Assembly (NCBI GenBank): GCA_040754495.1
Contig: JBFMCO010000014.1
Span: 1 to 58,314 of the forward strand
Length of the DNA: 58,314 bases
Direction: 5' to 3'
Origin: Candidatus Micrarchaeota archaeon
GTDB taxonomy: Archaea > Micrarchaeota > Micrarchaeia > Anstonellales > Bilamarchaeaceae
Shown here: positions 17,817-27,702 of the stretch, in pieces
Layout of the letters: every line of letters begins with the position of its first letter
Position numbering within the stretch: the first letter of the stretch is position 1
The notes under the pieces: generated by a model
What the model saw: only the letters and a program-made list of their open reading frames with translations
What the model was told of the DNA's origin: nothing
Databases searched by the model: none
Made by a program: the position numbers and the translations under genes

Positions 17817-18008
17817 GGGGTTATGGCGTAAGCGTGGTTTCCGGTCTCCAGTTTCCTGTTTCCGGAATGATTGCCGGAAACCGGATGCGGGCAACCGGAA
17901 ACCGTGTGCGCGACCTGGCAGCGCGGCAGTCTCCAGATCCCGCCTTTCTGAGGAAAGGCACCAGAGCCGTGATAACTGTACGTCGGAGTTCAAATCTCCG
18001 TGACCCCA
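17817..18008 (+). tRNA. tRNA-Trp(CCA) with introns at 15/16 (17832-17913) and about 37/38 (17937-17973)
   Basis: Acceptor GGGGTTA/TGACCCC, D-stem GCGT/GCGC, anticodon stem GCAGT/ACTGT, T-arm CGGAG-TTCAAAT-CTCCG; D-loop intron BHB-like; anticodon-intron BHB poor. Confidence 0.85.
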
Positions 18009-18064
18009 TCCAAAGGAGGGCGGGCCGAAGGCCCGTTCCTCAATATTCACGAGGTAGATACACG

Positions 18065-18934
18065 ATGCGTTTGCTGATAATCGCGGCCCTCATGGGCCTG
18101 CTGATAGCCGGCTGCGTCAATCCGCCGCAGCAGAACCAGACCAACAGGACCGGTCCGCCGGTACTCACCGTACCGAACGGGACCGGGCAGCCTGACGTTA
18201 CTGGCCAGCAGAACGCATCAACAGCCCTCCCGCCTGACTATTCGGTGTCCCTTGGCGACTACGTCTCGGTCATATACTCCCTCCGGGTGGATGGGGAAGT
18301 AATAGACACCAACAACGCCACACTCGCCAACGAATCCGGCATATACAGCCCAGCCAGGAAGTACCAGCCCTTCAACTTCACGGTCCAGTTCAACGAGGGG
18401 GTGATTGACGGCTTCATAATAAACGTCGTCGGCATGCGCATGAACGAGACCATCACGTTCAGCGTGCCTCCGGAAAGGGGCTACGGCCCCTACGACCCCA
18501 AGAAGGTCGTCGTGGTGCCGCGCTATTATAACAAGAGCCTTTACGAGACGGTCCCGCGCTCCTATTTCGAGGCGCAGGGACTCGCGGTGGAGAACGGCAC
18601 GAGCTTCGAGACCGCCTACGGCCCGGTCTTCGTGAGCGACCTCAACGACGAGAATGTCACGATATTCTACGTCCTCAAGCCCAATAGCGGCTTCATCGTG
18701 AACGGCCTGCCGCAGAAGGTGGCGTCCCTGGACAACCTGACGGCCACGATAGAGTACATGCTCGCGGTCAACGAGACTTACCGCCTTCCGGACCCTTCAA
18801 CAGGCGCGCAGACGACCTTCACCGTCGTGGACAAGACCGACCAGAACATCACTATCGACTCCAACCACCCGCTTGCGAACAAGACGCTGGATTTCAAGGT
18901 GACCCTCATAGGCGCGGTGCCGGCAAAGCGCTAG
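18065..18934 (+). CDS. FKBP-type peptidyl-prolyl isomerase lipoprotein (SlyD/long archaeal type)
   Basis: GAGGT RBS, lipobox IAGC, GD.VSV.Y....DGEVIDT, VPPERGYG, D.NHPLA.KTL.F.V. Confidence 0.9.
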   Translation: MRLLIIAALMGLLIAGCVNPPQQNQTNRTGPPVLTVPNGTGQPDVTGQQNASTALPPDYSVSLGDYVSVIYSLRVDGEVIDTNNATLANESGIYSPARKYQPFNFTVQFNEGVIDGFIINVVGMRMNETITFSVPPERGYGPYDPKKVVVVPRYYNKSLYETVPRSYFEAQGLAVENGTSFETAYGPVFVSDLNDENVTIFYVLKPNSGFIVNGLPQKVASLDNLTATIEYMLAVNETYRLPDPSTGAQTTFTVVDKTDQNITIDSNHPLANKTLDFKVTLIGAVPAKR

Positions 18935-18950
18935 TTTTTTTTGCATTCGC

Positions 18951-21626
18951 TTGATAGTGGTTCAGATGGAATGGCACTCACCCCGCACTGAAGAGGTATT
19001 CAAGGAGCTGAAGTGCGGCCCGGGCGGGCTCAGCGCGCAGGAGGCGCAGAGGCGCCTAGATGCGCACGGGAAAAACAGCATCGCCATAAAGAAGGAAATC
19101 TCCCCGCTCGCCATCTTCGTCAATCAGTTCAAGAACATGCTCGTCATGCTGCTCCTCCTTGCCGCGCTCGTATCCTTCGGCATAAGCCTCCTCCGCCCCG
19201 AGGAGGCAGAGTTCATAGATTCCATCCTCATCTTCGCGATTGTGATAGCGAACGCCGTGTTCGGCTTCGTCCAGGAATACAAGGCCGAGAAAAGCATCGA
19301 GGCGCTGACAAAGATGGCCGCGCCGCGGGCCCGCGTCATAAGGGACGGAAAGGAGCGGGTGGTGGACTCCGAGGACGTCGTGCCAGGCGACCTGCTGGTG
19401 CTCAGGGAAGGAGACAAGGTGGCCGCGGACGCACGCCTGGTCGAATCCTTCTCCATGTACGCGGACGAGTCCTCCCTGACGGGGGAGAGCGTGCCGGCCC
19501 TCAAGAAAATCGTGGAGCTGCCGGAGGCGACGCCCCTTGCCGAGCGGACCAACATGGCCTACATGAACTCGGTCATCACGCGGGGCCGGGGCCTGGGCCT
19601 GGTGGTCCAGACCGGGCTGAAGTCGGAAGTCGGCAAAATCGCGAAGGAAATAGCCGAGGCGCCGGAGAAGGTCACGCAGTTCCAGATAGAAATCGAGGAC
19701 GTGGGCAGGAAGGTGTCCGTCCTGACGCTCGGAATCCTGGTGGTGATAGCCGTATCCGAGTTCCTCCTGCGCACCGGCGACATACTGTTCATATTCATCA
19801 CTGCGGTGGCCCTCGGCGTCGCGGCCATACCCGAAGGGCTGCCTGCGGTAGTTACGCTCTCGCTCTCGATAGCGACCACCCGCATGCTGAAGAAGAACGC
19901 GCTCATGCGCAGGCTCTCGACAGTGCAGGATCTGGGCTCGGTGGACATCATATGCACCGACAAGACCGGCACCCTCACCGAGAACATAATGACCGTGACG
20001 CGCATTTTCCTCGACGGCGAGGCTTTCGATGTCACTGGCAAGGGCCTGGACAAGCAGGGGCAGTTCATTGCGGTCAGGGGCGGGGAGCAGAAAGACACCG
20101 AAATGCTGCTCCGGTGCGCCGTCCTCTGCAACGATGCCGAGGAGAACGATGAGGGCTTCCGGGGGGACCCGACCGAGATAGCCGTGCTGATTCCGGCATA
20201 CAAGGCGGGCGTGGACGTGGAGGGGACGAGGAAGGCGCTGCGGCGCGTTGGCGAGGTCTCTTTCAGCGCCGAGCGCAAGCTCATGTCAACCGCGAACAGC
20301 GACGGCAAGGATGAATGGGCGTTCGTCAAGGGCGCGCCGGAAATAGTGCTCTCCCGCTGCACGAAAATCATGGAAGGCGGGCGCGTCCGCCAGCTTACGC
20401 AGGAGGACCGGGAAGAAATCGAGGAGCACAACCGCGGGATGGCCTCGTCGGCCCTGCGCGTCCTCGGCTTCGCCTTCAAGAAGGGCCCGAAATCTTACGA
20501 TGAGGCGGACATGGAGAACGACCTCGTGTTCCTCGGCCTCATGGGAATGATAGACCCGCCGAGGGCCGGGGTGAAGGAGGCAGTCGGGGACTGCCGCAAG
20601 GCCGGGATACGCGTAATCATGATTACAGGGGACAACAAATACACCGCTGAAGCCATAGGCAAGGAGCTCGGCTTCCGGGGCGGGGCCCTCAACGGCGAGG
20701 AGCTTGACAGGATGGATGAGCGGGAACTTGCCCGTGCCGTGGAAAAAGTCGACGTATACGCCCGCACCAGCCCCAAGCACAAGGTCATGCTCCTAAAGGC
20801 CCTGAAAAGCGGCGGCCATATCGTGTGCATGACCGGCGACGGGGTGAACGACGCGGCGGCCATAAAGAATTCCGACGTCGGCATAGCGATGGGCATCCGG
20901 GGGACGGAGGTGACCAAGCAGGCCAGCGACATAATCATAGTGGACGACAACTTCATCACCATCCGCGACGCGATATCCGAAGGGAGGGGCACGTTCGACA
21001 ACATACGCAAGTTCGTCGTCTACCTGCTCGGGGCCAACATAGCCGAAGTGCTCATCGTCTTCCTTGCCACGATAACCGGCCTCGGGATATCGCCGAAGAT
21101 AGCCATCCAGCTTCTCTGGATAAACCTGGTGACAGACGGCCTGCCCGCGCTCGCCCTCGGAGTCGACCCCCCCGCCAAGGACATAATGAGCCGCAAGCCC
21201 AGGAAGAAGGGGGCGAGGATGGTGGACAAGGACACGGTGTATTTCCTCGGGGCCATAGGGTTCAGCGCCACAATCTCCATACTCGCGGTGTATGCCCACA
21301 TGCTTTCGCTGGGGGACGCGGTCAGGGCGCAGGCCGTGCTCTTCACGACCTTCGTGCTCCTCGAGATGCTGACCGTCTATGCGGTGCGGTGGCGCTACCG
21401 GACCGGCGTCATGGCCAACATGTGGCTTCATTTCGCGGTCGCCCTCTCGGTCCTGCTGCAGTTCGCGGTCCTGTACTCCCCCCTCTCCCCCATGTTCGGC
21501 GTCGTGCCGCTCGGATTCGGCGAGATAGAGGAGATAGCGGCAGGGATGCTCGGGTTCCTCGTACTCCTTGCGCTCGCGATGAAGGCCGAGCCCCTGCTCC
21601 TCGGCGGGCGGGATGGCGGCCCATGA
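18951..21626 (+). CDS. P-type IIA cation (Ca2+-like) transporting ATPase
   Basis: TGES, PEGL, DKTGTLT, KGAPE, TGDN, TGDGVND; start may be 18966. Confidence 0.95.
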   Translation: MIVVQMEWHSPRTEEVFKELKCGPGGLSAQEAQRRLDAHGKNSIAIKKEISPLAIFVNQFKNMLVMLLLLAALVSFGISLLRPEEAEFIDSILIFAIVIANAVFGFVQEYKAEKSIEALTKMAAPRARVIRDGKERVVDSEDVVPGDLLVLREGDKVAADARLVESFSMYADESSLTGESVPALKKIVELPEATPLAERTNMAYMNSVITRGRGLGLVVQTGLKSEVGKIAKEIAEAPEKVTQFQIEIEDVGRKVSVLTLGILVVIAVSEFLLRTGDILFIFITAVALGVAAIPEGLPAVVTLSLSIATTRMLKKNALMRRLSTVQDLGSVDIICTDKTGTLTENIMTVTRIFLDGEAFDVTGKGLDKQGQFIAVRGGEQKDTEMLLRCAVLCNDAEENDEGFRGDPTEIAVLIPAYKAGVDVEGTRKALRRVGEVSFSAERKLMSTANSDGKDEWAFVKGAPEIVLSRCTKIMEGGRVRQLTQEDREEIEEHNRGMASSALRVLGFAFKKGPKSYDEADMENDLVFLGLMGMIDPPRAGVKEAVGDCRKAGIRVIMITGDNKYTAEAIGKELGFRGGALNGEELDRMDERELARAVEKVDVYARTSPKHKVMLLKALKSGGHIVCMTGDGVNDAAAIKNSDVGIAMGIRGTEVTKQASDIIIVDDNFITIRDAISEGRGTFDNIRKFVVYLLGANIAEVLIVFLATITGLGISPKIAIQLLWINLVTDGLPALALGVDPPAKDIMSRKPRKKGARMVDKDTVYFLGAIGFSATISILAVYAHMLSLGDAVRAQAVLFTTFVLLEMLTVYAVRWRYRTGVMANMWLHFAVALSVLLQFAVLYSPLSPMFGVVPLGFGEIEEIAAGMLGFLVLLALAMKAEPLLLGGRDGGP

Positions 21627-21751
21627 GGTGCATTTATAAATACTTTCATACACCATCTATAACAGCTCAAACTCTACGCATTTTTTCATACATCGCTTTA
21701 TAAAAGTTGTTATGGAGAATAGAGCATAGCTTGTTCTCCCAAGTGGTTTTG

Positions 21752-22384
21752 ATGGATAATTCCAGATATCAGGAAGCAAGGCACACGGGAACCACGACAG
21801 TGGGGCTCGTGTGCAAGGACGGTGTGGTGCTGGCCAGCGACCGCAGGGCCACGATGGGCTACCTCATAGCCAGCAAGGACATAGACAAGATATATCCCGT
21901 AAGCGACCGCATCGCAATGACGATCGCAGGCGGGGTGGGAGACGCGCAGACGCTCGTCCGGTGGATGACCGCGGAGCTGAAGCTCTACGAGCTGAAGCAC
22001 GAGAAGCCCGCCACCGTCGAAGCAGCCGCAACGCTGCTGGCCAACATCCTGGCCCAGTACAAGTTCTATCCCTTCTTCGTGCAATTGCTCATAGGCGGGA
22101 TAGACGAGAGGCCGAGGCTCTTTTCCGTGGATATGCTGGGTGGCATAACCGAGGAGAAGTTCACCTCAACAGGAAGCGGCTCCCCGATAGCATACGGTGT
22201 CCTCGAGGAGCTCTTCACCCCGGATAAGGACATCACGGTGAACCTGCCAGTAGCCGCCAAGGCCGTTGGCGCCGCGATGAGGCGCGACGCGGCGAGCGGC
22301 GAGAGGGTGGACCTCGTGGTCGTCACGAAGTTCGGCTTCAAGAGGATGGACAAAGAGGACGTCGCAAGGCTCCTCAACGCCTGA
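21752..22384 (+). CDS. psmB: Proteasome beta subunit
   Basis: Propeptide then G/TTTVG, ASD.RAT, TGSGS, RD..SG. Confidence 0.95.
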   Translation: MDNSRYQEARHTGTTTVGLVCKDGVVLASDRRATMGYLIASKDIDKIYPVSDRIAMTIAGGVGDAQTLVRWMTAELKLYELKHEKPATVEAAATLLANILAQYKFYPFFVQLLIGGIDERPRLFSVDMLGGITEEKFTSTGSGSPIAYGVLEELFTPDKDITVNLPVAAKAVGAAMRRDAASGERVDLVVVTKFGFKRMDKEDVARLLNA

Positions 22385-22456
22385 GAATATCAAGTTTAAT
22401 CCGTTTTTCCCCGCCCGTTGGGCCACAATCATACTGCTTTACCAGAGGTGTTTCCA

Positions 22457-24352
22457 TTGCACTATAAGGACATAGTCAAGAAAATCAGCGAGATAATGCC
22501 TCCAGACTGCGAGGTCACGAAAGTCGAGCCTGAAGGACTCTCCACTGTCATTTACATAAAGAACATAAAGGCGTTCTACTCCAACGACCGGCTGATAAAG
22601 GAGCTCGCGAGCGCGCTCAAGAAGAAGGTCACCATCCGCGTGGACCCGGCCAGCCTGACCAACATGGACGAGGCGAAAGCGGCCATAGAGTCGCTGGTCC
22701 CGAAGGAGGCCGATATCAAGGACATCACGTTCGTCCCGGAGATGTGCGAGGTGCGCATCGAGGCCATAAAGCCCGGCCTCGTGATAGGAAAGGGCGGCTC
22801 CATCCTGAAAGAGATCATGCTCCGCACCAACTGGGCGCCGGTGACGCTTCGCGCGCCCACCATGCCCTCGGCCACGCTCGAAGGGGTAAGGAAGATAAAC
22901 GCCCTCGAGGCGTCCGAGAGGAAGAAGTTCCTGGTCAATATAGGCAAGAAGATATGCCAGCCCTCGCCTCCCGGCGACTGGATACGCGTGATGGCCCTCG
23001 GCGGCTTCCGCGAGGTCGGCCGCTCGTGCCTGCTCGTCCAGACGCCGAATAGCAAGGTGCTGATAGACGTCGGCGTCAACCCCGCAACCGGGGACCAGAC
23101 ACGGGCATACCCGTACCTGAACATGATGGGCTTCTCCCTCGAGGACATAGATGCCGTGGTGATAAGCCACGGGCACATGGACCACATGGGCTTCCTGCCA
23201 TATCTCTTCGCGTACGGCTACGACGGGCCCGTCTACTGCACGCCTCCGACGCGCGACTTCATGGTGCTGCTCCAGCAGGACTACCTGAACCTGTGCAAGA
23301 AGGCATTCGACGTCGAGCCGCCCTACACGAAAAAGGACATCTACAAGGAGCTGCGCAACCTCATCACGGTCGATTACGAAGAGGTCGTGGACATCACGCC
23401 AGAGATAAAGATGACGCTCTACAACGCCGGCCACATGCTCGGCAGTTCGAGCGTGCACCTGCACATCGGCGAGGGCGCGCACAACCTCGTCTATTCGGGC
23501 GACATCAAGTTCGGCTTCACCCGCCTCTTCGACCCGGCGACGACGCACTTCCCGAGGCTCGAGACGCTCTTCATCGAGAGCACCTACGGAGGCAGGAACG
23601 ACATATCCGTAAACCGGTTCGACAGCGAAAAACGGCTCTTCCAGATGATTAAGGAGACTGCCGCCAAGAGGGGCAAGGTCCTGATACCTGTCTTCGCGGT
23701 CGGCCGCGCCCAGGAGATGCTCCTCGTGCTCGAGGAGATGTCGCGCAGGGAGCCAGACTTCAACATCCCGATATACATAGACGGCATGATCATGGAAGCA
23801 TCGGCCATCCATACGGCCTACCCGGAGTACATGCGCGAGCAGCTCCAGAGGCGCATCCTCTCGGACAGGAGCCCCTTCGAGTCCCCCCTCATCAAGGTGG
23901 CCAAGGGAATGTCCAGGGAGGAAATCGTGAACGGCGAGCCGGCCATAATCCTGGCCCCCTCCGGCATGCTGACCGGCGGGCCTTCCTACGAGTACCTCAA
24001 GCTCATGGCCGACGAGCCCAACAACGCCCTGCTTTTCGTCGGCTACCAGAGCGCACTGTCGCTCGGCAGCAAGATACAGCGCGGGATGAGGGAGCTTCCC
24101 ATCCTCGGCGACGACGGCAAGATGAAGACGCTCAAAATCAACATGCGCGTCGAGACCTGCGAAGGCTTCTCAGGCCACTCGGACAGGGCCCAGCTCATGG
24201 CTTATCTCAAGAACCTGCGGCCGGGGCCCGAGCGCGTGCTGACCATGCACGGCGACTGGGGCAAGACCGAGGAGTTCGCCCGCTCGATAGGGATGATGCT
24301 GAGGAAGGACTCCCGGGCGCTTGCGGACCTCGAAGCTGTCAGGCTGAAATGA
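22457..24352 (+). CDS. fttA: aCPSF1/FttA KH-domain beta-CASP ribonuclease
   Basis: Two KH domains, HGHMDH, AGHMLGS, FSGHSD; TTG start after GAGGTG; next to psmB. Confidence 0.95.
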   Translation: MHYKDIVKKISEIMPPDCEVTKVEPEGLSTVIYIKNIKAFYSNDRLIKELASALKKKVTIRVDPASLTNMDEAKAAIESLVPKEADIKDITFVPEMCEVRIEAIKPGLVIGKGGSILKEIMLRTNWAPVTLRAPTMPSATLEGVRKINALEASERKKFLVNIGKKICQPSPPGDWIRVMALGGFREVGRSCLLVQTPNSKVLIDVGVNPATGDQTRAYPYLNMMGFSLEDIDAVVISHGHMDHMGFLPYLFAYGYDGPVYCTPPTRDFMVLLQQDYLNLCKKAFDVEPPYTKKDIYKELRNLITVDYEEVVDITPEIKMTLYNAGHMLGSSSVHLHIGEGAHNLVYSGDIKFGFTRLFDPATTHFPRLETLFIESTYGGRNDISVNRFDSEKRLFQMIKETAAKRGKVLIPVFAVGRAQEMLLVLEEMSRREPDFNIPIYIDGMIMEASAIHTAYPEYMREQLQRRILSDRSPFESPLIKVAKGMSREEIVNGEPAIILAPSGMLTGGPSYEYLKLMADEPNNALLFVGYQSALSLGSKIQRGMRELPILGDDGKMKTLKINMRVETCEGFSGHSDRAQLMAYLKNLRPGPERVLTMHGDWGKTEEFARSIGMMLRKDSRALADLEAVRLK

Positions 24353-24356
24353 GCAA

Positions 24357-24833
24357 TCAGCCGCTTTTCTGCGACAGCTCCCGCTCTATCTCGTATCTTT
24401 CCCACGGATACACTATCCAGGAGCTTGTCGAAGCGACGAAATAGTCCGGCTTGAACATGGAATTAGGCTTGTAGTGGATGGTCGCAATCCTCACGTCCCC
24501 GGCGCCCTTCCTTTGCAGGTAGTCCTTGGCGACCGCAAGGCTCCTCCCGGTGTCGGCGACATCATCTACTATCAGGATGCGCTTTCCTGAGAGGTCCATT
24601 GTGAGCTCCTGGGTGATCCTCGGGAAATCCGACGGCCTGCCGAGGGCCTTGTAGAAGGATATCCCGAGTATGCCGACCTCCTGGACGCCGAGCATGTCGG
24701 ACATTATGCGCGTCGGCACCAGACCTCCGCGTGAGAGGCCGACTATGATGTCCGGCCGGAAATCACCCACCATGCGCGCGAGCCTCTCGCAGTATTCTAT
24801 GGTCGCGTCCCAGCTCATCCTCATCAGGTCCAT
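24357..24833 (-). CDS. Purine phosphoribosyltransferase (type I PRT)
   Basis: GLSRGGLVP, LIVDDVADTGRSL, W.VYPWE. Confidence 0.9.
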   Translation of the reverse strand: MDLMRMSWDATIEYCERLARMVGDFRPDIIVGLSRGGLVPTRIMSDMLGVQEVGILGISFYKALGRPSDFPRITQELTMDLSGKRILIVDDVADTGRSLAVAKDYLQRKGAGDVRIATIHYKPNSMFKPDYFVASTSSWIVYPWERYEIERELSQKSG

Positions 24834-24936
24834 GGGCGGCTTGCTCGTCGCAGATTTTTAAGGCTTTTAGCCGGAGCATTTCGGGAATCTTTAAAAGCCT
24901 TTCTTCGTTATAGGTTCAACCCCCAAGGTGCATGAC

Positions 24937-25026
24937 ATGAATCCACTGAGGATTGACGAAGAGGAAGACTGGGAAGACGAAGACACCGAAGAGGAAGAAT
25001 GGGAAGAGGAAGAGGAAGAAGAGTAG
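24937..25026 (+). CDS. Acidic micropeptide 1 (MNPLRIDEEEDWEDEDTEEEEWEEEEEEE)
   Basis: AAGGTG RBS, TTTAAAAG upstream, paralogous to next ORF. Confidence 0.55.
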   Translation: MNPLRIDEEEDWEDEDTEEEEWEEEEEEE

Positions 25027-25040
25027 CCCCAGGGGTATCC

Positions 25041-25121
25041 ATGCGCCCGGTCCGGCTCGATGAGGAGGAAGAGTGGGAAGAGGACGATTTCGAGGACGAG
25101 GACTGGAGCGAGGAGGAATGA
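25041..25121 (+). CDS. Acidic micropeptide 2 (MRPVRLDEEEEWEEDDFEDEDWSEEE)
   Basis: AGGGGT RBS; same MxPxR[IL]DEEE[DE]WE pattern with synonymous differences. Confidence 0.55.
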   Translation: MRPVRLDEEEEWEEDDFEDEDWSEEE

Positions 25122-25164
25122 CTTTCGGTTTATTTTTAATTTGAACCAATTCTCTAATCTTTAA

Positions 25165-25407
25165 GGGCTCGTAGCTCAGTCCGCCTTTTGGGAAAAGGCG
25201 GCCCAAAACCGACTGATGAAAAACGCTTCGCGTTTTTGGCCGAATCCAATCAAAAGGCGGGAGCAGCTTGGATAGAGCGGCAGCCTTCTATGCCCCCGGC
25301 ATCCGGTTTCCGGTTTCCAGTCCCGCGTTTCGGGTACTGGTTGCCGGCTGCAGGATGCCGGATGCGCAGGCAGCTGTAGGTCGGGGGTTCAAATCCCCCC
25401 GGGCCCG
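25165..25407 (+). tRNA. tRNA-Arg(TCT) with introns at 15/16 (25180-25266) and 37/38 (25291-25371)
   Basis: GGGCTCG/CGGGCCC, GCTC/GAGC, A20, GCAGC-CTTCTAA-GCTGT, GGGGG-TTCAAAT-CCCCC; near-perfect BHB for the D-loop intron. Confidence 0.95.
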
Positions 25408-25694
25408 TATCCGCTTCCGGTTTCCCGTTTCCCGTCTTGAGTTTGACTCAGGCGGATACGGGACGTCCATGTTCCGCCGAACATGGTGCGCCTCCCTACT
25501 GTTCCTTGAACAATGGGGCACCGCGACGCCGTGCGTCGCGATTGTGTTCGGGGCGCCGGACAAGTGCGCGGAAGTGAAATCATCAGATTTCACAACGGGC
25601 CCGATTTTGTTTCACGTCCAGCGAATCAAATATAAACCCCTTTCGCTATAGATTGGATGTTAATTCTGGAGAATCCGAGCCGCCAGGTGGGAGT

Positions 25695-25946
25695 ATGATG
25701 GACATCAAGCAGATAAGCGACATGATAGACGACCTCGTCAACGACACGAGCATCCCGAAAAACATACGGCGCGCCCTCTCAGAGGCGAAGACGAGGCTGG
25801 ATAGCAACGAGGAGAACAACGTCAAGATAAGCGCTGCAATCTACGTCATAGAGTCCATAACCGAGGACATAAACATGCCCGCCCACGCCCGGACCCAGAT
25901 ATGGGCGATAATGAGCGCGCTCGAGACGCTCAACGAGCGCCCCTGA
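25695..25946 (+). CDS. UPF0147 family protein
   Basis: ND.SIPKNIRRA, DINMPAHARTQIW. Confidence 0.9.
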   Translation: MMDIKQISDMIDDLVNDTSIPKNIRRALSEAKTRLDSNEENNVKISAAIYVIESITEDINMPAHARTQIWAIMSALETLNERP

Positions 25947-25951
25947 TTAGC

Positions 25952-27382
25952 ATGATAGAGCTTGCCGAGAACGGGATAAGGCTTACCGTCGAGGCAGAGG
26001 GATTTTTGAAAGAGAACGGCTCTGACGAATTGCTCCGCAAGATACTACTCCTGAAGAAGCCCCTGGTGTCGAAAGAAGACATAGAGGCCCTTGTCCGGCC
26101 CCCGGAGCCGGAGCCCGCGGTCGAAGTGGTAATGCCTGCCGAGTTCAATCCGGCCGCGAAGGAATACTCCCCGAACATCAAGCTCGACCACTCGCTGGAT
26201 GTCACGGGCAAGTCCCGCACGAAAGGCGAGGTGGATAATTTCATCGCCAATTTCAGGAACCGCTTCGAGCGCATCTCGAAGATGCTCCGGAGGAGCGGGC
26301 CGGTCCCGAACGCGGACCTCGGGGACATCAAGCGCCATCTGAACGAGAGGGTCCGCGTCATCGTATTCGTATCCGAGAAAAGGGAGACGAAGAAGGGCAA
26401 TCTGCTCTTCGAAGTGGAGGACATGACCGGAACCTTCAAGGTTGTCATATCCCACTCCCGCTTCAACGAGAAAATCGTGGACAAGGCGAAGCAGGTGCTC
26501 AGGGACGACATCGTGGCGATATCTGGAAAGGTCCTCGAGCCGTACATCATAGCCGAGGATATCGAATGGCCAGAGCTTCCGGTCATCCGCGAGAAGAAAC
26601 GGGCCGAGGTGGATGTCGCCTGCGTGTATCTCTCCGACCTGCATTTCGGGAGCCGCTATTTCCTCGGCAAATACCTGAAATCATTCTCCGAATGGCTCCA
26701 CGGAAGGGGCGAGGCCAGGGAGCTTGCCGGCAAGGTGAAATACGCCTGCATAGCCGGCGACATCGTAGATGGCATAGGCATCTACCCCAACCAGGAGAAG
26801 GAGCTCGTGGTCAAGGACATCTACCAGCAATACAAGATGTTCGACGATTTCATAAACGACCTTCCGGATTATATAGAGGTGATAGTCGCCCCGGGCAATC
26901 ATGATGCCGTCCGGAGGGGCGAGCCGCAGCCGGCCATCGGCAAGGACCTCACATCGGCCGACATCATACGGGTGGGGAACCCCTCCTCGCTCGCCATAGA
27001 GGGCATAAAGCACCTCATGTACCACGGCACCTCCATGGATTCGATGATAGCGAGCATCCCGGGCGCGACTTACATGCATCCGGAAAAAGTCATGGTCGAG
27101 TATCTGCGGCGCAGGCACCTTTCCCCGATATACGGGGGCAACCTCATAATCCCGGAGAACGTCGACTACATGGTGATAGAGGACCCGCCGGACATATTCC
27201 ACTCCGGCCATGTTCACAAGAACGGCTACACGCAGTATCGGGGCACACTCGTGATAAACTCCGGAACGTTCCAGGACAGGACGGACTTCCAGGTGAAACA
27301 GGGCCACGTGCCCACCCCCGCCCTCGTCCCGGTGTATGAGATGCAGTCCGGGCGGCTCCACACCCTCGATTTCAAGTCATAA
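25952..27382 (+). CDS. polD1: DNA polymerase D small (proofreading) subunit DP1
   Basis: F.NRF, OB fold, SDLHFGS, GDIVDGIG.YP.Q, PGNHD, YHG.S.D, GHVH, NSGTFQ..T.FQ. Confidence 0.95.
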   Translation: MIELAENGIRLTVEAEGFLKENGSDELLRKILLLKKPLVSKEDIEALVRPPEPEPAVEVVMPAEFNPAAKEYSPNIKLDHSLDVTGKSRTKGEVDNFIANFRNRFERISKMLRRSGPVPNADLGDIKRHLNERVRVIVFVSEKRETKKGNLLFEVEDMTGTFKVVISHSRFNEKIVDKAKQVLRDDIVAISGKVLEPYIIAEDIEWPELPVIREKKRAEVDVACVYLSDLHFGSRYFLGKYLKSFSEWLHGRGEARELAGKVKYACIAGDIVDGIGIYPNQEKELVVKDIYQQYKMFDDFINDLPDYIEVIVAPGNHDAVRRGEPQPAIGKDLTSADIIRVGNPSSLAIEGIKHLMYHGTSMDSMIASIPGATYMHPEKVMVEYLRRRHLSPIYGGNLIIPENVDYMVIEDPPDIFHSGHVHKNGYTQYRGTLVINSGTFQDRTDFQVKQGHVPTPALVPVYEMQSGRLHTLDFKS

Positions 27383-27444
27383 CAATGTTTATAAATTTAG
27401 ACTGACAATCCGGGGTTAGAAAAACATTTACCGATGGTGGTTTG

Positions 27445-27702
27445 ATGGCCAAGTATCTGATAGCCAGGCAGCTCTCCGGGAAAAAGCTTGTGACCAACGA
27501 AGGCGACGACTTCGGAAGGCTCGTTGACATAGACGTAAACGAAGTAAGCGGAAAGATAGAAAGCCTGATTGTGGAGCCGAATCCGGACAGCGAAGTTGCC
27601 GGGAAGCTCAAGAAGGAGGATGGCATGGTGCACATCCCGTACGAGAGCGTCCTCGCAGTCGGCGATTTCATTATCGTAGAGAAAAGGAACATGTCATATT
27701 GA
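27445..27702 (+). CDS. PRC-barrel domain protein
   Basis: L.GK..VT..G...G...DI.V....GKI, IPY..V.AVGD.IIV. Confidence 0.85.
   Translation: MAKYLIARQLSGKKLVTNEGDDFGRLVDIDVNEVSGKIESLIVEPNPDSEVAGKLKKEDGMVHIPYESVLAVGDFIIVEKRNMSY

Noticed and set aside
17937-17973. Box C/D guide in tRNA-Trp intron, as in haloarchaea
   Set aside because: Only 37 nt, no box C and no antisense guide to the anticodon region
17921-17980. Reading this tRNA as Ile(GAT) from TGATAA
   Set aside because: Needs a mismatched anticodon stem and loss of position 26; the Trp(CCA) cloverleaf is consistent
21752-24352. psmB-aCPSF1 pairing as a novelty
   Set aside because: Well-known conserved archaeal gene order
24916-25206. 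Minus-strand 96-aa F/L/P-rich ORF
   Set aside because: It is the antisense of the acidic micropeptides and of the tRNA 5' end
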